Positions 12,076 through 25,236 of a stretch of DNA of 64,000 nucleotides are shown in pieces. The stretch's first letter is position 1, and each line of letters opens with the position of its first letter. The stretch comes from Octopus vulgaris (Eukaryota): the NCBI GenBank assembly GCA_951406725.2, contig OX597816.1, positions 71,858,001 through 71,922,000 on the forward strand. The letters are read 5' to 3'. The notes beneath the pieces are model-generated. The model worked only from the letters and a program-made list of their open reading frames with translations. It was not told where the DNA came from and ran no database searches. The position numbers were made by a program, and so were the translations under genes.

Positions 12076-13896
12076 AAATGTCTTCTACTTATAACCCCAG
12101 GCCCAAGAGCAAAGACAAAAAAACCGCAACAACAACAACAATCCTTTCTACCAAAAGGCACATGGCCTGAAGTTTTAGTTGGAGAAAAGCACCATCCAAG
12201 TATGACCAATGCCAATGCCACCTGACTGGCACTAAAAAGCTCCATTCAAGCCTGGCCTATACCAGTGCCACCTGAGTGGCTCCTGTCATGGTGGCATGTA
12301 AAAGCACCCACTACACTCCAGCTGTAGAAACCTTGCCAAATTAGACTCAGTGGAGTGAAGAGGGGAGACTGGTATGCATGGGTGACTACTGGTCTTTTAT
12401 AAACAACCTTTCCCGGACTTGCACCTCGGAGGGGAACATTCTGTGTGCAATCCCTTTACCTCTGCCTTACCTTTTCCCAAGACACCTTATTGTAGCATTG
12501 TGGTATGTGTGCCTCAGTGCTATGATAGCAGAGTGCAAGCTCCTACAAGAGCCTCTCACACTGGACAAGTCAAAGGACAGAGGCAGCCCTGGGTTAACCA
12601 TTAAGCAGAAGAAGCCCATGCTTAGGGCACTAAGGGTAGGGAGATAACTACAGAAATGATTAGTAGTTTACAGCACAAAAGAAATTGCTTTAAACTTGCT
12701 AAAACAATATTCAAAGTGGTTTATACAATCAGAAATATGATTTCAAAGTGATCAAAGAATTAGCAATTCAAAAAATGAGAATTTTTTTCAAATATAAATA
12801 AAGAGGAAGTATACAAAAATAAATATTATTTTCCATCTCACTGTTTCGTTTTGTTTCATTAAAAAAAATAAAAATTGATTTCATGTTTTGTTATTGTTTA
12901 TATTTTGAATTATTTATATACGGAGGCACCAACATTTTTTCAAGTGCTTAGGGTTTTAATGGGTATTAATCTGGCCTTTGATAGAGGCCAGATTAATATG
13001 AAACCCTTCTACACAGAAGGGAAAGTGGGTTTGTGTAGAGCCATCATCGCTATCTAAGAGAAAAAAAACAATGTTACAGAGAAGCATTGATGACAATTTA
13101 AAACCAACAGGACAAAGGAAAAGATGTTCAAATTCCACTGAAGTCGACTTTGCCTTTCATCCTTTCGGGGTCAATAAAATAATTAGTAGTAGACCACTGG
13201 CTGGGTCAATGAAATGGACTTAACCCTTCCTCTGGCATTGCTAGCCTTGAGCCAAAATTTGAAATGAGTATAGTCACAAGCCAACATAAACACATTCTTT
13301 TCTTTCTCACCCTTCATTCAATGAGACATCCAGGATGTGGAAATTGGAGAGAGAGGTGGCTGCACCAGCATTTGGCTGGTTGTAATTTCACCTAAGTAGA
13401 CTGCAGCAGCATAAAAATGAAGAGACTTGCTCAAGAACATAACAGGCTATCCAGCCCAGAATTCAAACCCACAAACTTACAAGCCAGAACCCCAATACCC
13501 TAGACAGGACACTAAGCCAGAACTGAAACAAACAGGAAACCAACTGGAGTGAAAGAGGAAGACACCCCAGAGTCAAGTCAAGAACAGTGAGCAACGGTCA
13601 TCGGTCATCAATAGCCTCTGCTCCCTAGGGAGCAAAGTGCCTAAGTAAAAGCATTTATGGGAAGAAATTTGCTGATTCGATCAACACCAATATTTGATTG
13701 GTATTTTATTTTATTATCCTCGGAGGGATTTGAGGCCAAAAACATAAAGAGTTGGAACAATTACATCAAAGCATTTTGTTTTTATTATATTCTGATGGTT
13801 CTTCCAGTTAGTTGCCTTCCAAAGTAATAACAATAACAACATCACTATCATTAAACTGTAAAATATTCTAATGTTTTATTTTGTGAAGTTCATAGA

Positions 13897-14065
13897 TAAG
13901 CACAGGTATGCCTGGGTGATTGAGAAGCTTGCCTGTCGACCTTGTGGACTTTGGTTCAATCCCAGTGAGTGGCACTTTGGGCAATTGTCTTTTGTTATAG
14001 CCCTGAGTCAACAAAAACCTTATGAGGCGATTTGGTAGATGGAAACTGAAAGAAGACTGTTGCAT
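13897..14065 (+). mobile_element. SINE family B, diverged 5' half
   Basis: GGTTCAATCCCAGTGAGTGGCACTTTGGGCAA...TTTGGTAGATGGAAACTGAAAGAAG. Similar halves at 16615-16790 and 18292-18450. Confidence 0.7.
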
Positions 14066-14137
14066 GCATACATATATACATGTGTGTGCGTGTGCGTGTG
14101 CTCCTGTCTTGATATTTTGATACTGGTAAATGAGAAT

Positions 14138-14657
14138 CTGTTATTTGCTAACAATCTGTGATGCTGACAGCTAAGTGGACACATAAACATAAGTTTGAGG
14201 GACTGAATGCAAGCCACCAATCCTCTCAGAGTGAAAGGCAGATTGTTTGATGACTGTGTGCAAACAACTGTGCTGCATGGCAGCGAAATATGGGCTATGA
14301 CAGGCATAGGCTTCAGAGAAATGAAGCCAGTATGCTTCGCTGGATGTGCAATGTCAGTGTGCATGCATGACAGAGTGTAAGCATCTTGAGAGAAAAGTTA
14401 GGCATAAGAGGAATCAGATATGGTGTGCAAGAGAGACGACTGTGCTGGTATGGTCATGTGATGTGTATGCACAAGAAAAGCTGTGTAAAGAAGTGCCTAT
14501 TTCTAACTGTGGAGGGAACCTGTGGTAGAGGTAGACCCAGAAAGACATGGGATGAGGTGATGAAGCATAATCTTCAAACTTTGAATCTCACAGGGGCAAT
14601 GACTAGTGAACGAGTCCTTTGGCAATGTGCTCTGCTTAAGAGGACTCATCAAGCCAA
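14138..14657 (+). pseudogene. Degenerate RTE reverse transcriptase 3' fragment
   Basis: Translates to EKLGIRGIRYGVQERRLCWYGHV...[17 protein letters not shown], homologous to the C-terminus of the 30104-31273 ORF; carries frameshifts and a deletion. Confidence 0.85.
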
Positions 14658-15341
14658 GTGCACCCGTGCTGGTAGCATGTAAAAAATCAACCTTTGAATG
14701 TTGAGCCTGATGGAAGCAAAGTGGCTGAGTTCCTTTCAAGCATTGGCCTCATAGAGGTATAGTCATTGAGTTCCTTTCAAGTGTTGGGTCTCATGGAGGT
14801 GAGGTGGCTGAGTCCCTTTTCAGCATTGGGCCTTATGGAGGCAAGGACCAAGACCTTGGGCATTATATCGTGCTTGAGAAGACCCATCAAGCCGAGCAAG
14901 CTCACAGACGTGGCAGATACTGGTGTTACACGAGAGTGTAGAAAGTGCTTTTACGTGCCACCAGCACGAGGGCCAGTCTGGCGGTATTGGCAATGGCCAC
15001 ACTCGAAATGGTGTTTTTATGTGTCACCAGCACAGGAGTCAGTCCAGCGGCACTGGCAATGACCTCGCTCGAATGTTTTGTTCACATGCCAGTAAAGCGA
15101 CACTGGTAACGATCATGCTCAGATGGTGCTTTTTATGTGCCACCGGCACGGAAACCAGACAGCTGCTCTGACAGTGATCTCGCTCGGATGGAGCTGTTAG
15201 CACTCCACTGGCACGGGTACCAGTCATCGAATTTGGTTCAATTTCGATTTCACTTGCCCCAACAGGTCTTCGCAAGCAGAGTTTAGTGTCCAATGAAGGG
15301 AGGTTGACATGGGTGCCATTCGTCAAATTTGGTTCGATTTC

Positions 15342-15549
15342 GATCGTCATAGCGCTGACTGTGGGCTGGTAGTGGTAGACAGTTGCCCCAATGGTGCTCA
15401 GACCGAAGTCTGATCACCATAGCGCTGACTGGGAGCTGGTAGTGGTAGATAGTCACCCCACTGGCGCTCAGACCGAGGTCTGATCGCCATAGCACTGACT
15501 GCAGGCTGGTAGTAGTAGACAGTCACCCCAATGGTGCCCAGACCGAGGT
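15342..15549. repeat. 70-bp tandem repeat x3
   Basis: GATCRYCATAGCGCTGACTG...GGTAGTGGTAGACAG...CAGACCGARGTCT units start at 15342, 15412 and 15482. Confidence 0.9.
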
Positions 15550-15689
15550 GCCATGCAGTGGGGAAATGTACTTATGAAGTGAGTTTCTTACCACACCTAT
15601 TTATTTATTCCATCCACTTCTTCAGAACCAAAGAGACGAAAGAAATGCTAAGAGTCACCAAAACATGATTATTGCAGTAGTTTGACTTA

Positions 15690-16195
15690 CACATGAGCAG
15701 ATGTGTACACACAAACAAACACAGACACACATGCACACACACACACACATGCACACTGACATACATACATTCACACACATACAGTCACACACGATGACAG
15801 ATCGACATGCATGCACATACACAAGCACAAACACTGACACACACACATACACATTAATACATACATAGACACTCTGACATACACTAACACACACTGACAT
15901 GCACTAACACACAAACACACACACATACATACACAGACATGCACACTAACACATACACACACTAACACACACACATACACTGATACATACACACACTACC
16001 ACACACACACTGCCACATACACACACTAACACACACACATACACTGACACATACACTAACACACACACTCTGACATGCACTAACACACAAACACACACAC
16101 TCACATACATACACAGACATACACACATGCACACACACATACACATTCACACACACACACACACAACACACACGCATGCACACATACACACTAAC
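15690..16195. repeat. (CA)n-derived compound microsatellite
   Basis: CACA/CATA/CACTAA runs; a similar tract lies at 26400-27165. Confidence 0.9.
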
Positions 16196-16304
16196 ATGCG
16201 TAGATCACCCTTGCATCTCTGTGATAAAGTGTGATCTAAAATCTAGCATTAATTCATTTAATCAGTCGACAAATAAGATCAAAGAAGCTGAAAATGGATT
16301 TCTA

Positions 16305-16600
16305 TCCATTAAAATTTCTAATCATTAAAACAAAATGGGATTACCATAAATTTACATTCAATAAAATTTGTTTTCATTAAAATTCATATCCTTAAAAACG
16401 TGTGCCCATTAAAATCAATATACCCATTAATGTGTGTATCTATTAAAATGTGCATTGGTTAAAATGTGCATTGGTTAAAATTTGTATCACTTAGACTATA
16501 TATATCTGTGAAAATGTGTGCTCAATAAAAAGCACATACATTTCAACATTTGTTGTATCTATTAAAAGCTATACCCATTAAAATCTGAATCCATTAAATT
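16305..16600. repeat. Degenerate 16-17 bp AT-rich minisatellite
   Basis: Recurring CATTAAAA(T) motif at roughly 16-17 bp spacing. Confidence 0.55.
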
Positions 16601-16824
16601 TTTTAATGCTACACATAGGTGAAGGTCTATCTGAAATAGTTAAGAAGGTTGCTTTGTGACCAAATGGTTTCTGGTTCTGCCCTACTGTGTGGCAACATGG
16701 GCATGCATCTTCTGCAATACCTTCAGGCTGACCAATGCCTTGTGAGCAAATTTGGTAGATGGAAACTGCAAGGGAGTCTGTTGTATATATTTCAACATGT
16801 GACCTTGTAAGCACCGCCAGCAAT

Positions 16825-16998
16825 TTTTTTCCTCTGTCTTCCCTTCTCGGGATCTTTCCTTCTCCTTTGTTTCCGACGAAGAGCTCCGCTCGAAACGTCA
16901 AACCCTCCTTCTTCCCTTCTTTCCTGAGCATCCAATAATACTTTATTTGTTCCACGTCCTCGCGTTGCTGTGTTTTTTTTGTGTTTTCTTGTTTGGAT

Positions 16999-17003
<5 letters not shown>
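16825..17003 (+). mobile_element. Short hammerhead-bearing non-coding repeat
   Basis: 16869-16903 reads GUUU CCGACGA A GAGC-UCC-GCUC GAA ACGU C AAAC. The unit ends TGGATTAACTA(TA)n. Relatives at 18495-18685, 21070-21180, 27510-27645, 27695-27875, 35160-35312 and 41455-41640. Confidence 0.7.
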
Positions 17004-17094
<91 letters not shown>

Positions 17095-17143
17095 TATAGA
17101 TATATATATATAATAATAATATTAGGGAGTATGTATGTATGTA

Positions 17144-17174
<31 letters not shown>

Positions 17175-17189
17175 ATGTATGTTTGTGAG

Positions 17190-17368
17190 TCTTGGACATT
17201 TACCCCCATGGGCATATAACCCCACAAGGACAATTACCTCTGAGGACAACAGATGATAATTTAAAACTTATATATTGGAGAGGGGGTAATTAACCAAGGC
17301 AGAATAATTGCCTTAGGGGGTAGTCATCGTCTAGGGGAATTGTCCTAGAGGGGGTAATTGTCCTGATA
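17190..17368. mobile_element. Small foldback/MITE-like element
   Basis: Repeated GGACAWTTACCYC motifs on the left face inverted GGGGGTAATTGTCC motifs on the right. Confidence 0.5.
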
Positions 17369-17509
17369 CGATGTATGTAAATATGTATTCATACATGTAA
17401 GTATGTATGCATGTATGTATGTATGTGTATGTATGCATGTATGTATGCATGTATGTATGTATGTACGTATGTATATGTGTGTGTGTGAGAGGGTACATAT
17501 TTGTCTCTC

Positions 17510-17903
17510 TTTTTACTTACTTGTTTCAATCATTTGACTGCGGCCATGCTGGAGCACCGCCGTTAGTCAAGCAAATTGACTCCAGGACTTTTCTTTGTAA
17601 GCCTAGTACTTATTCTATCGGTCTCTTTTGCTGAAACGCTAAGTTACGGGCATGTAAACACACCGGCATCACTTGTCAAGTGATGTTGGAGGGACAAACA
17701 CAGACACACACACACATATATATATATACATATGCATATATACGAAGGGCTTCTTTTCAGTTTCCGTCTACCAAATCCATTCACAAGGCTTTGGTCGACC
17801 TGAGGCTATAGTAGAAGACACTTGCCCAAGGTATCATGCAGTGGAACTGAACCCGGAACCATGTGGTTGGTAAGCAAGCTACTTACCACACAGCCACTCC
17901 TGC
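17510..17903 (-). mobile_element. SINE family B, full length
   Basis: Reverse complement of the 1390 element, ending CCACACAGCCACTCCTGC. Confidence 0.85.
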
Positions 17904-18679
17904 ATGTATATCTTGACATGTGTCTTTGTCCTTATGTTAGTTCTCCACACCCTCCTGGCAACCGATGTTGGTTTGTTTATGATTTGTAACATAGCAGTTT
18001 GGCAAAAGAGAACGCTAGAATAAATAACAGACCTAAAATCGAAAAGAATAAGTGATGGGGTCGATTTCTTTGACTAGAATCCTTCATGATGGTGCTCCAG
18101 CATGACTGTTGTTTTGTGACAGAAACAAGTAAAAAATAAAAGATCACATAAGGCTATCATCGACCTTCTGATAAAATAATTGCAATTAAACTCAAAGGCT
18201 TTGTATCATTTGAAGCTCACTGGTCAAAAGAGAAGCCAATTAATGCTTGTTATTAATTCAAAGTGTATTTTCATAGAAATAATCAATAATTAGGTGGAGG
18301 AGTGATAAGTAGCTTGCTTACTAACCACATGGTTCTGGGTTCAGTCTCACTGTGTGGCACCTTGGGCAAGTGCCTTCTACTATAGGCTCAGGCTGACCAA
18401 AGCCTTGTGAGTGGATTTAGTAGATGGAAACTGAAAGAAGCCTGTCATATATATATATATACATATATATATATATCAATATGTGACTGCGTATCTATCG
18501 TTGGCGATTTTCTTTCTCTGTCTTCCCTTCCTTGGACCTTTCCTTTTTCTGTTTCTGATGAATAGCTCCACTTGAAACGCTAAATCCTCCTTCTTTCTTT
18601 CCTTTCCTGAGTGTCCAATAACACTATACTTGTTCCATGTTCTCACATTGTTGTGTTTTCTCTTTGTTCATGTTTTGAT

Positions 18680-18729
<50 letters not shown>

Positions 18730-18730
<1 letters not shown>

Positions 18731-20181
18731 TAGCAGAGACACCTGGCAATGCCAGGATTAAAATGGCATAGTTTGTGTATAATATATTACAATTATGTTG
18801 CAACAGGTGATATGGGAAAGTGAAGCATTGACAACAAAACATTTGTGGAGTAAATGATGGGCTAATTCGACTGGCCAAACATCCGTTTGAAGTATTTCAG
18901 GCCCTAACCTGTCATACAAAATTGGGAGTGGGGTTATGTGATTTTTGGACGCACTGAAAAGTTGTCAGTGGTTATATTCTCTTTTGCAGCAGTCAGCGCT
19001 GTGTCTAACACATCCATCATCTGAAATTTTATCACATCCTTCAGGTTTGTTGTCCTGCGTCACTCATAAAGTAAATTTGGAGGAACTGTGGTTGTTCATT
19101 TAGGGATAACAGGGAACCAATGAGAAGATAGACTTGCCCTTGAACTTTGACGTCATCGTAAATTCATGCTTATCTATCTTAGATGCACCAAACGATGTCA
19201 TTTGAAATGCAGCATTGTATTGTCTGATATTGTTCAGAAAATCCTTTGACTAGAAGATCCATAAGAGGTTGAGAAGGAGCTGGTAGTGCTGGCAATATTA
19301 CCTGACCACCTGAGTAGCACATACCATTTGTTTCATTTGAAAATTTTAAAGCTCTACAGAAAAGACAATTTGTGTTTAGCACACCAATTTGGAAGAAGTA
19401 ATTATTTTTATAAGGATGGGATGGATTATATCTGAAAACAGCTTCAGGAGTTGTGAAGAACGAATTTGTACATAGTCTGTTTCTGAGAACTATTCTATTG
19501 GACCTCTGTCTAATCATTAAAACATTGATTGAATGATCCAACATCAACTGCTGCAACATGCATTTGCTGATCTTGGGAAAGTCTCATCTAGCTTCTCTCT
19601 TCAGACTCTCACCTTTGGTTTTCTACAATCCTCCTTGCTTTATACTTGTTTCTGGAGAGATTACATCTTTCCTTTGGTGGCATATTTTTCCCAATATTTT
19701 TTTTTTTTTAAATCTGAACATAGAAAGAAATTATACATTAATCCCTATTTTTGTAAGCAGTTGTATCCATAAAAATTTTATTTAAAGAGAGCAGAAATTG
19801 AAAGAAGAGAAAGCAAAAAAAAAACAGAAAGAAAGTGAAAGATGTATGTAATGGACGTGTGTGTGTGTGTGTGTGTGTGTACATGTGTGTGTGTGTTTAT
19901 GTGAGAGAGAAAGAGGGTGAGAAAGAGAGCTAGAGTGAGTGAGTGAAGGTGTAGCGTGATGATTGATGTCTTTTAAGGTACACACACATATAGAAAATCT
20001 GATGTCATCATATAAAATTTTTACAACAGTTGATTTATGGAAACGATTATGATAAATTTTTGAAATGTAAATATGTGACTGGAAATTAAGTTTAATTTGT
20101 AGCTAAAATAGTACTGAATCTTTTGACACCCATTACGTCAAAATCTGTAACTCGGTTTTGGAAAGCATAAGGAATATATGA
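18730..20181 (-). mobile_element. Internally deleted Helitron with RepHel N-terminal remnant
   Basis: Minus strand: ATG at 19683 (MPPKERCNLSR), then AVFRYNP...CLFCRALKFSNETNGMCYSGGQVILP...FLNNIRQYNAAFQMTSFGA...KVQGQVYLLIGSLL...PQFLQIYFM (frameshifted). 3' hairpin CCTGGCATTGCCAGG (18742-18756) followed by CTAG|T; probable A|TC start at 20181. Confidence 0.9.
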
Positions 20182-20358
20182 TATATAGAACAGTATCTCA
20201 CATAACAATACAGACGTAATACTGCAATAGTGTAAGAGATAACAGCTTGCTCTGGGCTCACATTAGGCAAGAAGTCGAAAATTTTTGGGGCCCATAACAC
20301 TGCATGGACTTTTGCTTTTGTAGTTGACACCTGTTGCTTTAAGTGTTTTATTTGTATT

Positions 20359-20446
<88 letters not shown>

Positions 20447-21172
20447 AAGCAAATGAGAGAGACCTCTACATGGTATCTAAACTTGGTAGAAAAAGCAGCC
20501 AAATCTCCATCAAAACACCCTACTGTCTTAATTCAACAATTCTGCCCATTATGTAGTTTGAATGAGAAACTGTAACTAAAGATTAAGATTATTAACCCCA
20601 CAGAGAGAGGAAAGAAGAGAGACAGCATAGCGACGGTTTTGGCTGACTGTCATCCTGCACTCCCCTTATTGCTAATGAAATGGTATGTGCCAGATGTCTG
20701 AGCAACTGGTTGTTTTAATGGCGGAACAAACAAGACATAAAGATTATAAAAATAGCGATTCTCACTTTGAAACTAACGATTTTTTACATCTCTTCCTTGC
20801 AGTCCAGTTCACCCAAGATTAACTGATTGAATGCAAGTACATGAAACTCTGAGTAGCAACAGAATGAATTATCAACTAATACCTGATATTCTGTGAGTAT
20901 GAGTGTAGGTTTGTGTGTGGATGTATGTATGTAGATGCATATTCATATGTATTCATACTCTTGAATTCCATCAATGTTAACAAGATAATGAAAGAATACA
21001 CACACACACATATACATAAGTGTGTGTGTATGTATATATGTATGTATATATATATATACATATATATATAGGCTTGAAACATAAAAGACTTTCTCACTTT
21101 CCCGAGCGTCAAACTAATACACCTGCTTGTTGTTCATACACCTGTCTTTGTCTTTTGTTTTTCTGTAAATTT

Positions 21173-21231
<59 letters not shown>

Positions 21232-21829
21232 TATATACATACGACCGCAATTTCGTTGGAATTTTATACAGAGCTTCGTCTGCTACCCACCAAGGACCGC
21301 ATCTACTTATTTTTTTCGAAAATCGATATTGGGGCCTGTTGAGCAGTGCGAGGAGTGAGAAGAGTCGTACTCACATGTGAGCTTTACTCAATCGGCTGTT
21401 AAGTGCACACAAAGATTGCTCGAAAATGCTGCAGTAATTAGACATGAAAACCAGAAGGTTTTTTTTGTATTGCTGGACATAAACGTTTTCTTAAGCAAAT
21501 TTTAAAAAGTTCTTTTCACATTGGTTGGTCACGTTAGGGCGGTTATTTTGTTATCTTATACAGTCGACAATTTTTTTCTTATATTGTCATTTTTTATAGG
21601 AATTATAATAATAAATGTATCTTATTTTAAGTTGATAATAACTTTGGCACTAAAAAATGTGCATTATTCACCCAAATTGTTTGTAGAAAATAATGCAGGT
21701 TTGTTCAAACATGGGTAACAGTTATGAAAAACGAAAGCAATATCATACTTGCATTTCGTTTGCGCTAAAAAATGTGCATTATTCACCCAAATTGTTTGTA
21801 GAAAATAATGCATGGTAGTTCAAACAGGT

Positions 21830-22061
21830 ACTACTTGAGAAGAGTAGCCCCGGTGCGCGCACTCGCGTACTCGCGCTAGCTAGTCATGATTAGTCGATCC
21901 TTACCTTGTATTTTGTGTTATTTACTTTGTTTAAAAAATTATTTATTTTGTGTTTTATTTACTTTGCTAGGTAGTCGTTGTAGGATCGACTAGTCACGAC
22001 TAGCTAGCGCGGATGCGCGACTACGTGAGTGCGCGCATCGGGACCACTGTTCTCGAGTAGT
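21830..22061. mobile_element. MITE with about 75-bp CpG-rich TIRs
   Basis: ACTACTTGAGAAGAGTAGCCCCGGTGCGCGCACTC...TAGTCGATCCT versus AGGATCGACTAG...GAGTGCGCGCATCGGGACCACTGTTCTCGAGTAGT; it interrupts a local tandem duplication (21651/21766). Confidence 0.75.
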
Positions 22062-22566
22062 TCCGTCCAAACATGGGTAACAGTTATGAAAAACGGAAAA
22101 GGTAAAACATTATCACCCTTATTGTATTTCGTTTTTCTTGCATTCCCGTTTACAAACGTAAGGCGTTGTTTCAGTAAGTAAACTGTCAACTGTGTCTTCA
22201 CTCGGATTTATTTTCACTCTTTGCACTTGAAATAAAAGGTACGTTTCCTTAAGATTATTTTTTGGCATATTTCACAACCGACAACTCCTAAACTATTTTT
22301 ATGTTAAGTTTAACATTTGACTTTGTACTATTTATCGTTTTGCTCCTGATGTTAATACTTGAAAATATATCGTTACATTAACAATATTACGGAAAAGTTC
22401 ATTTAAGGGTTAGTTTATAAATTAAAGACATAAAAATATTCCATTTTGGTCTTTTTGACCACCATTGGTCCCATGAATTTATGACGGAATATTTTGTGAG
22501 GTTACATTTTCGTTTTATACCACCCGGTTTACAATAAAATTGGGGCCCTTTGAAGAACTTTTACAT

Positions 22567-23237
22567 GGCGAAGTTTTGGTTGTCGTAGCACACGTTTCCG
22601 ACGACAAACGAAACATCGCCTACGGCGAAGTTTCGGTTGTCGTAGCACACGTTTCCGTCGATTTCCGTAAAAAACTTTTATTTTTTTACATATGGCTTTG
22701 CGGGAATATTTGAAGTAATGAGAGCGAAAGAGACTAAGAGGAAGCGATTTTATGACGAGGGAATTTCTTTTTGAAGTCCCTGTGTGTGTGTTTGATGGGG
22801 TGTGGGAGACAGACAGTATGTTGTGTAAGTGAAGTGCTTCTGTTAGTGTGTGCGAAGAGACAGAGAGAGTAATGTGTGAAAGAGAGAGATAACTGAAATT
22901 TTTTACTCGGTGTATGTGTATATGTATGTGTGTGTATGTATCTATGTATGTGTGTGTGTATGTATGTGTGTGTGTGTGTGTGTAAGTATGTGTGTAAGTA
23001 TGTGTGTGTGTATGTATGGCCGATTCAGTGTAATTTTTTACTCGGTGTATATGTATGTCTGCATGTATGTGTGTGTGTATATGTATCTATGTATGTGTGT
23101 GTGTGTATGTATGTGTGTGTGTATGTATGTGTGTATGTATGTATGTATGTATGTATGTATGGCCGATTCAGTGTTTACATTTTTTACGGAAATCGACAAT
23201 CGACGGAAACGTGTGCTACAACAAACGAAACATCGCC
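22567..23237. mobile_element. Non-autonomous TIR element with 8-bp TSD (Merlin-like)
   Basis: Ends GGCGAAGTTT...GTAGCACACGTTTCCG / CGGAAACGTGTGCTAC...AAACATCGCC, with TTTTACAT on both flanks. Confidence 0.7.
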
Positions 23238-23244
23238 TTTTACA

Positions 23245-23597
23245 TCTCTATATATATAAAGCTGAAGTTCTCTGTGTGGAAGGTTTGGTAGCCTTCAACT
23301 AACACTATCTCCTCTGAGAACCTGCAGCGCAAGTTGACCAAAATTGAGAGTATGATAGAAAGCATGCTCTTCCTTCCGTAGAAGAAAAAATTCAAATCGG
23401 ACCATGTTAACACCAAAAATTATTTATGAAAATCTTTATTTTTTACGATTTTTTGTCGCCATTTTTTGGCGTATTTCAATCAGAAAAATGTTCACTAAAG
23501 AGAATAACAAGCTACATAATGCAAAATTTTTACTTTTCAAAAATTCCAATTCTAAAGGGTCGAAACAAACCCGAGCAACGCCGGGCGATACTGCTTG
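23245..23597 (+). mobile_element. Non-autonomous Helitron
   Basis: A|TCTCTATATATATAAAG start; 3' hairpin CCCGAGCAACGCCGGG then CTTG|T (CTAG variant). Confidence 0.75.
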
Positions 23598-23789
23598 TTC
23601 CCTATACACGAGCGATTCTCTCTTGTTCAACATCTCAATATGTTAACTTAGAAGGGATTTCTGCTTTTACATAAGATAACGGAAGACACAAAGCTCGCTG
23701 AAATAGTGCCTGGGGTTTTCATGGGTTTTTATAAAGGATGATTTTCCCAAGAGCAACTTAAACCGTCCAAAGGACGGGTACTTCAGCTA

Positions 23790-23823
<34 letters not shown>

Positions 23824-24296
23824 ATTCACCTCAATAGACGTCATTGATTGGTTGAAATTGCCGAAATGCAAGAAATTAAACAAGAAATAGCTTACAAACT
23901 ACATAATTTTCTCAAGAAAACCAAGAGAAAAGATGTTTTATGTAACACATTCTACCAGTATACGAAGTTTAAAGGTGTTTAGTTACAAAGAAATTATTTT
24001 AAAAATCTGTCGGTCAAAGTGAAAAGATCCGATTTGACTGAAGACTGGCAACCCATGAGGCTGTACCAGGCTCCAATCTGATCTAGTAAGGTTCTACAGC
24101 TGGATGCCCTTCCTAACGCCAATCACTCTAAGAGTGTTGTGGGTGAATTTTACATGCCACCGTCATGGGAGCCAGTCAGGCAGCACTGGCATCGACCATG
24201 CTCAAATAGTGCTTTTTACATGCCACCAGCACAGGAGTCAGTCAGGTGGCACTGGCATCAACCATGCTCGAATGCATTTATAGACACATACATATA

Positions 24297-25125
24297 GTCT
24301 TAGTAAGTAGAAAAACACACAAAACACAAGTCCCTTCTGGGAGCTAGCCCTGCTTGATATTTAAGAAGGGTGTTGGTAGAAATTCTATACATTTAACCAG
24401 GGCATGCTTTGGACACATATGAATGTAATGGTATGACAGGAAGGTTAACAGAGAAAATAGTTTTTTAGTGTGGCAAACGTACAGGTACAATAAGTACTAA
24501 AAAATGTGCAGACAATAGATTCCTTCAAATGCTCAGCAGGGATCATTAGATCTAAATTAGTAGTACATAGATTCTGTTACCTAGGTGACAAAGTTAGCAG
24601 TGGAGGAGGAAGTTCTGAAAGTGCAGTTGCTAGAATAAGAACAGCTGGGCAATATTCAGAGAGCTTCTATCTTTGTTGGTAACTAAGAATCTCTCTTTCA
24701 GAGTGAAAGGCAGATTGTATGATGTCTGTGTATGTATGGCTATGCTACATGGCAGTGAAGCATGGACTTGAAAAGGCTTGAAAGAAATGAAGCTAGCTTG
24801 CTCTGCTGGATGGGTAGTGTCAGTGTGCACACATGACGGAGTGTAAATGATTTAAGAGGATAACTGAGTATAAGAGGCATCAGATGTTGTGTGCAAGAGA
24901 AAAGACTGTGCTGGCTGGTCTTGTGATGCATATGGATGAGGACAGCCGCATAAAGAAGTGCTGAGCTCTGATTGTGGAGAGAACTTGTTAAAGGAGCAGA
25001 AACAGGAAGACATGGGACAAAGTTGTGAGAAAGGATCTTCAGACATTGGGCCTCACTGAGGAATTGACAAAGGACTGGAAGTTGTGGCATTTTGCTGTAC
25101 TTGATAAGACAGAGCAAGCTAAGTA
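24297..25125 (+). pseudogene. Old RTE reverse transcriptase fragment
   Basis: Degenerate homologue of about 30435-31273 (KGVGRNSI..., YLGDKVSSGGG..., RVKGRLYD...) with many stops and indels. Confidence 0.85.
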
Positions 25126-25236
25126 AAATTGCTGTCTTCCATACATACTGGTTTGTCCTTTACAGATGCTGGTGCCACATAGAATGCACTCGTGCTGGTA
25201 TTGTGTAGGTACACGCATGCCAGTGGCACAGGAAAA

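Larger units (their letters stand above)
21230..23790 (+). mobile_element. Probable non-autonomous Helitron hosting three nested insertions
   Basis: 3' hairpin CCGTCC-AAA-GGACGG then CTAA|T (CTRR) at 23787-23790. The 5' boundary is inferred only from the change in composition after the (TA)n tract. Confidence 0.5.

Noticed and set aside
11859-12094. Cys/Pro/Met-rich repetitive protein (metallothionein- or reflectin-like look)
   Set aside because: The unit derives from a SINE 12-mer and two frames are equally open.
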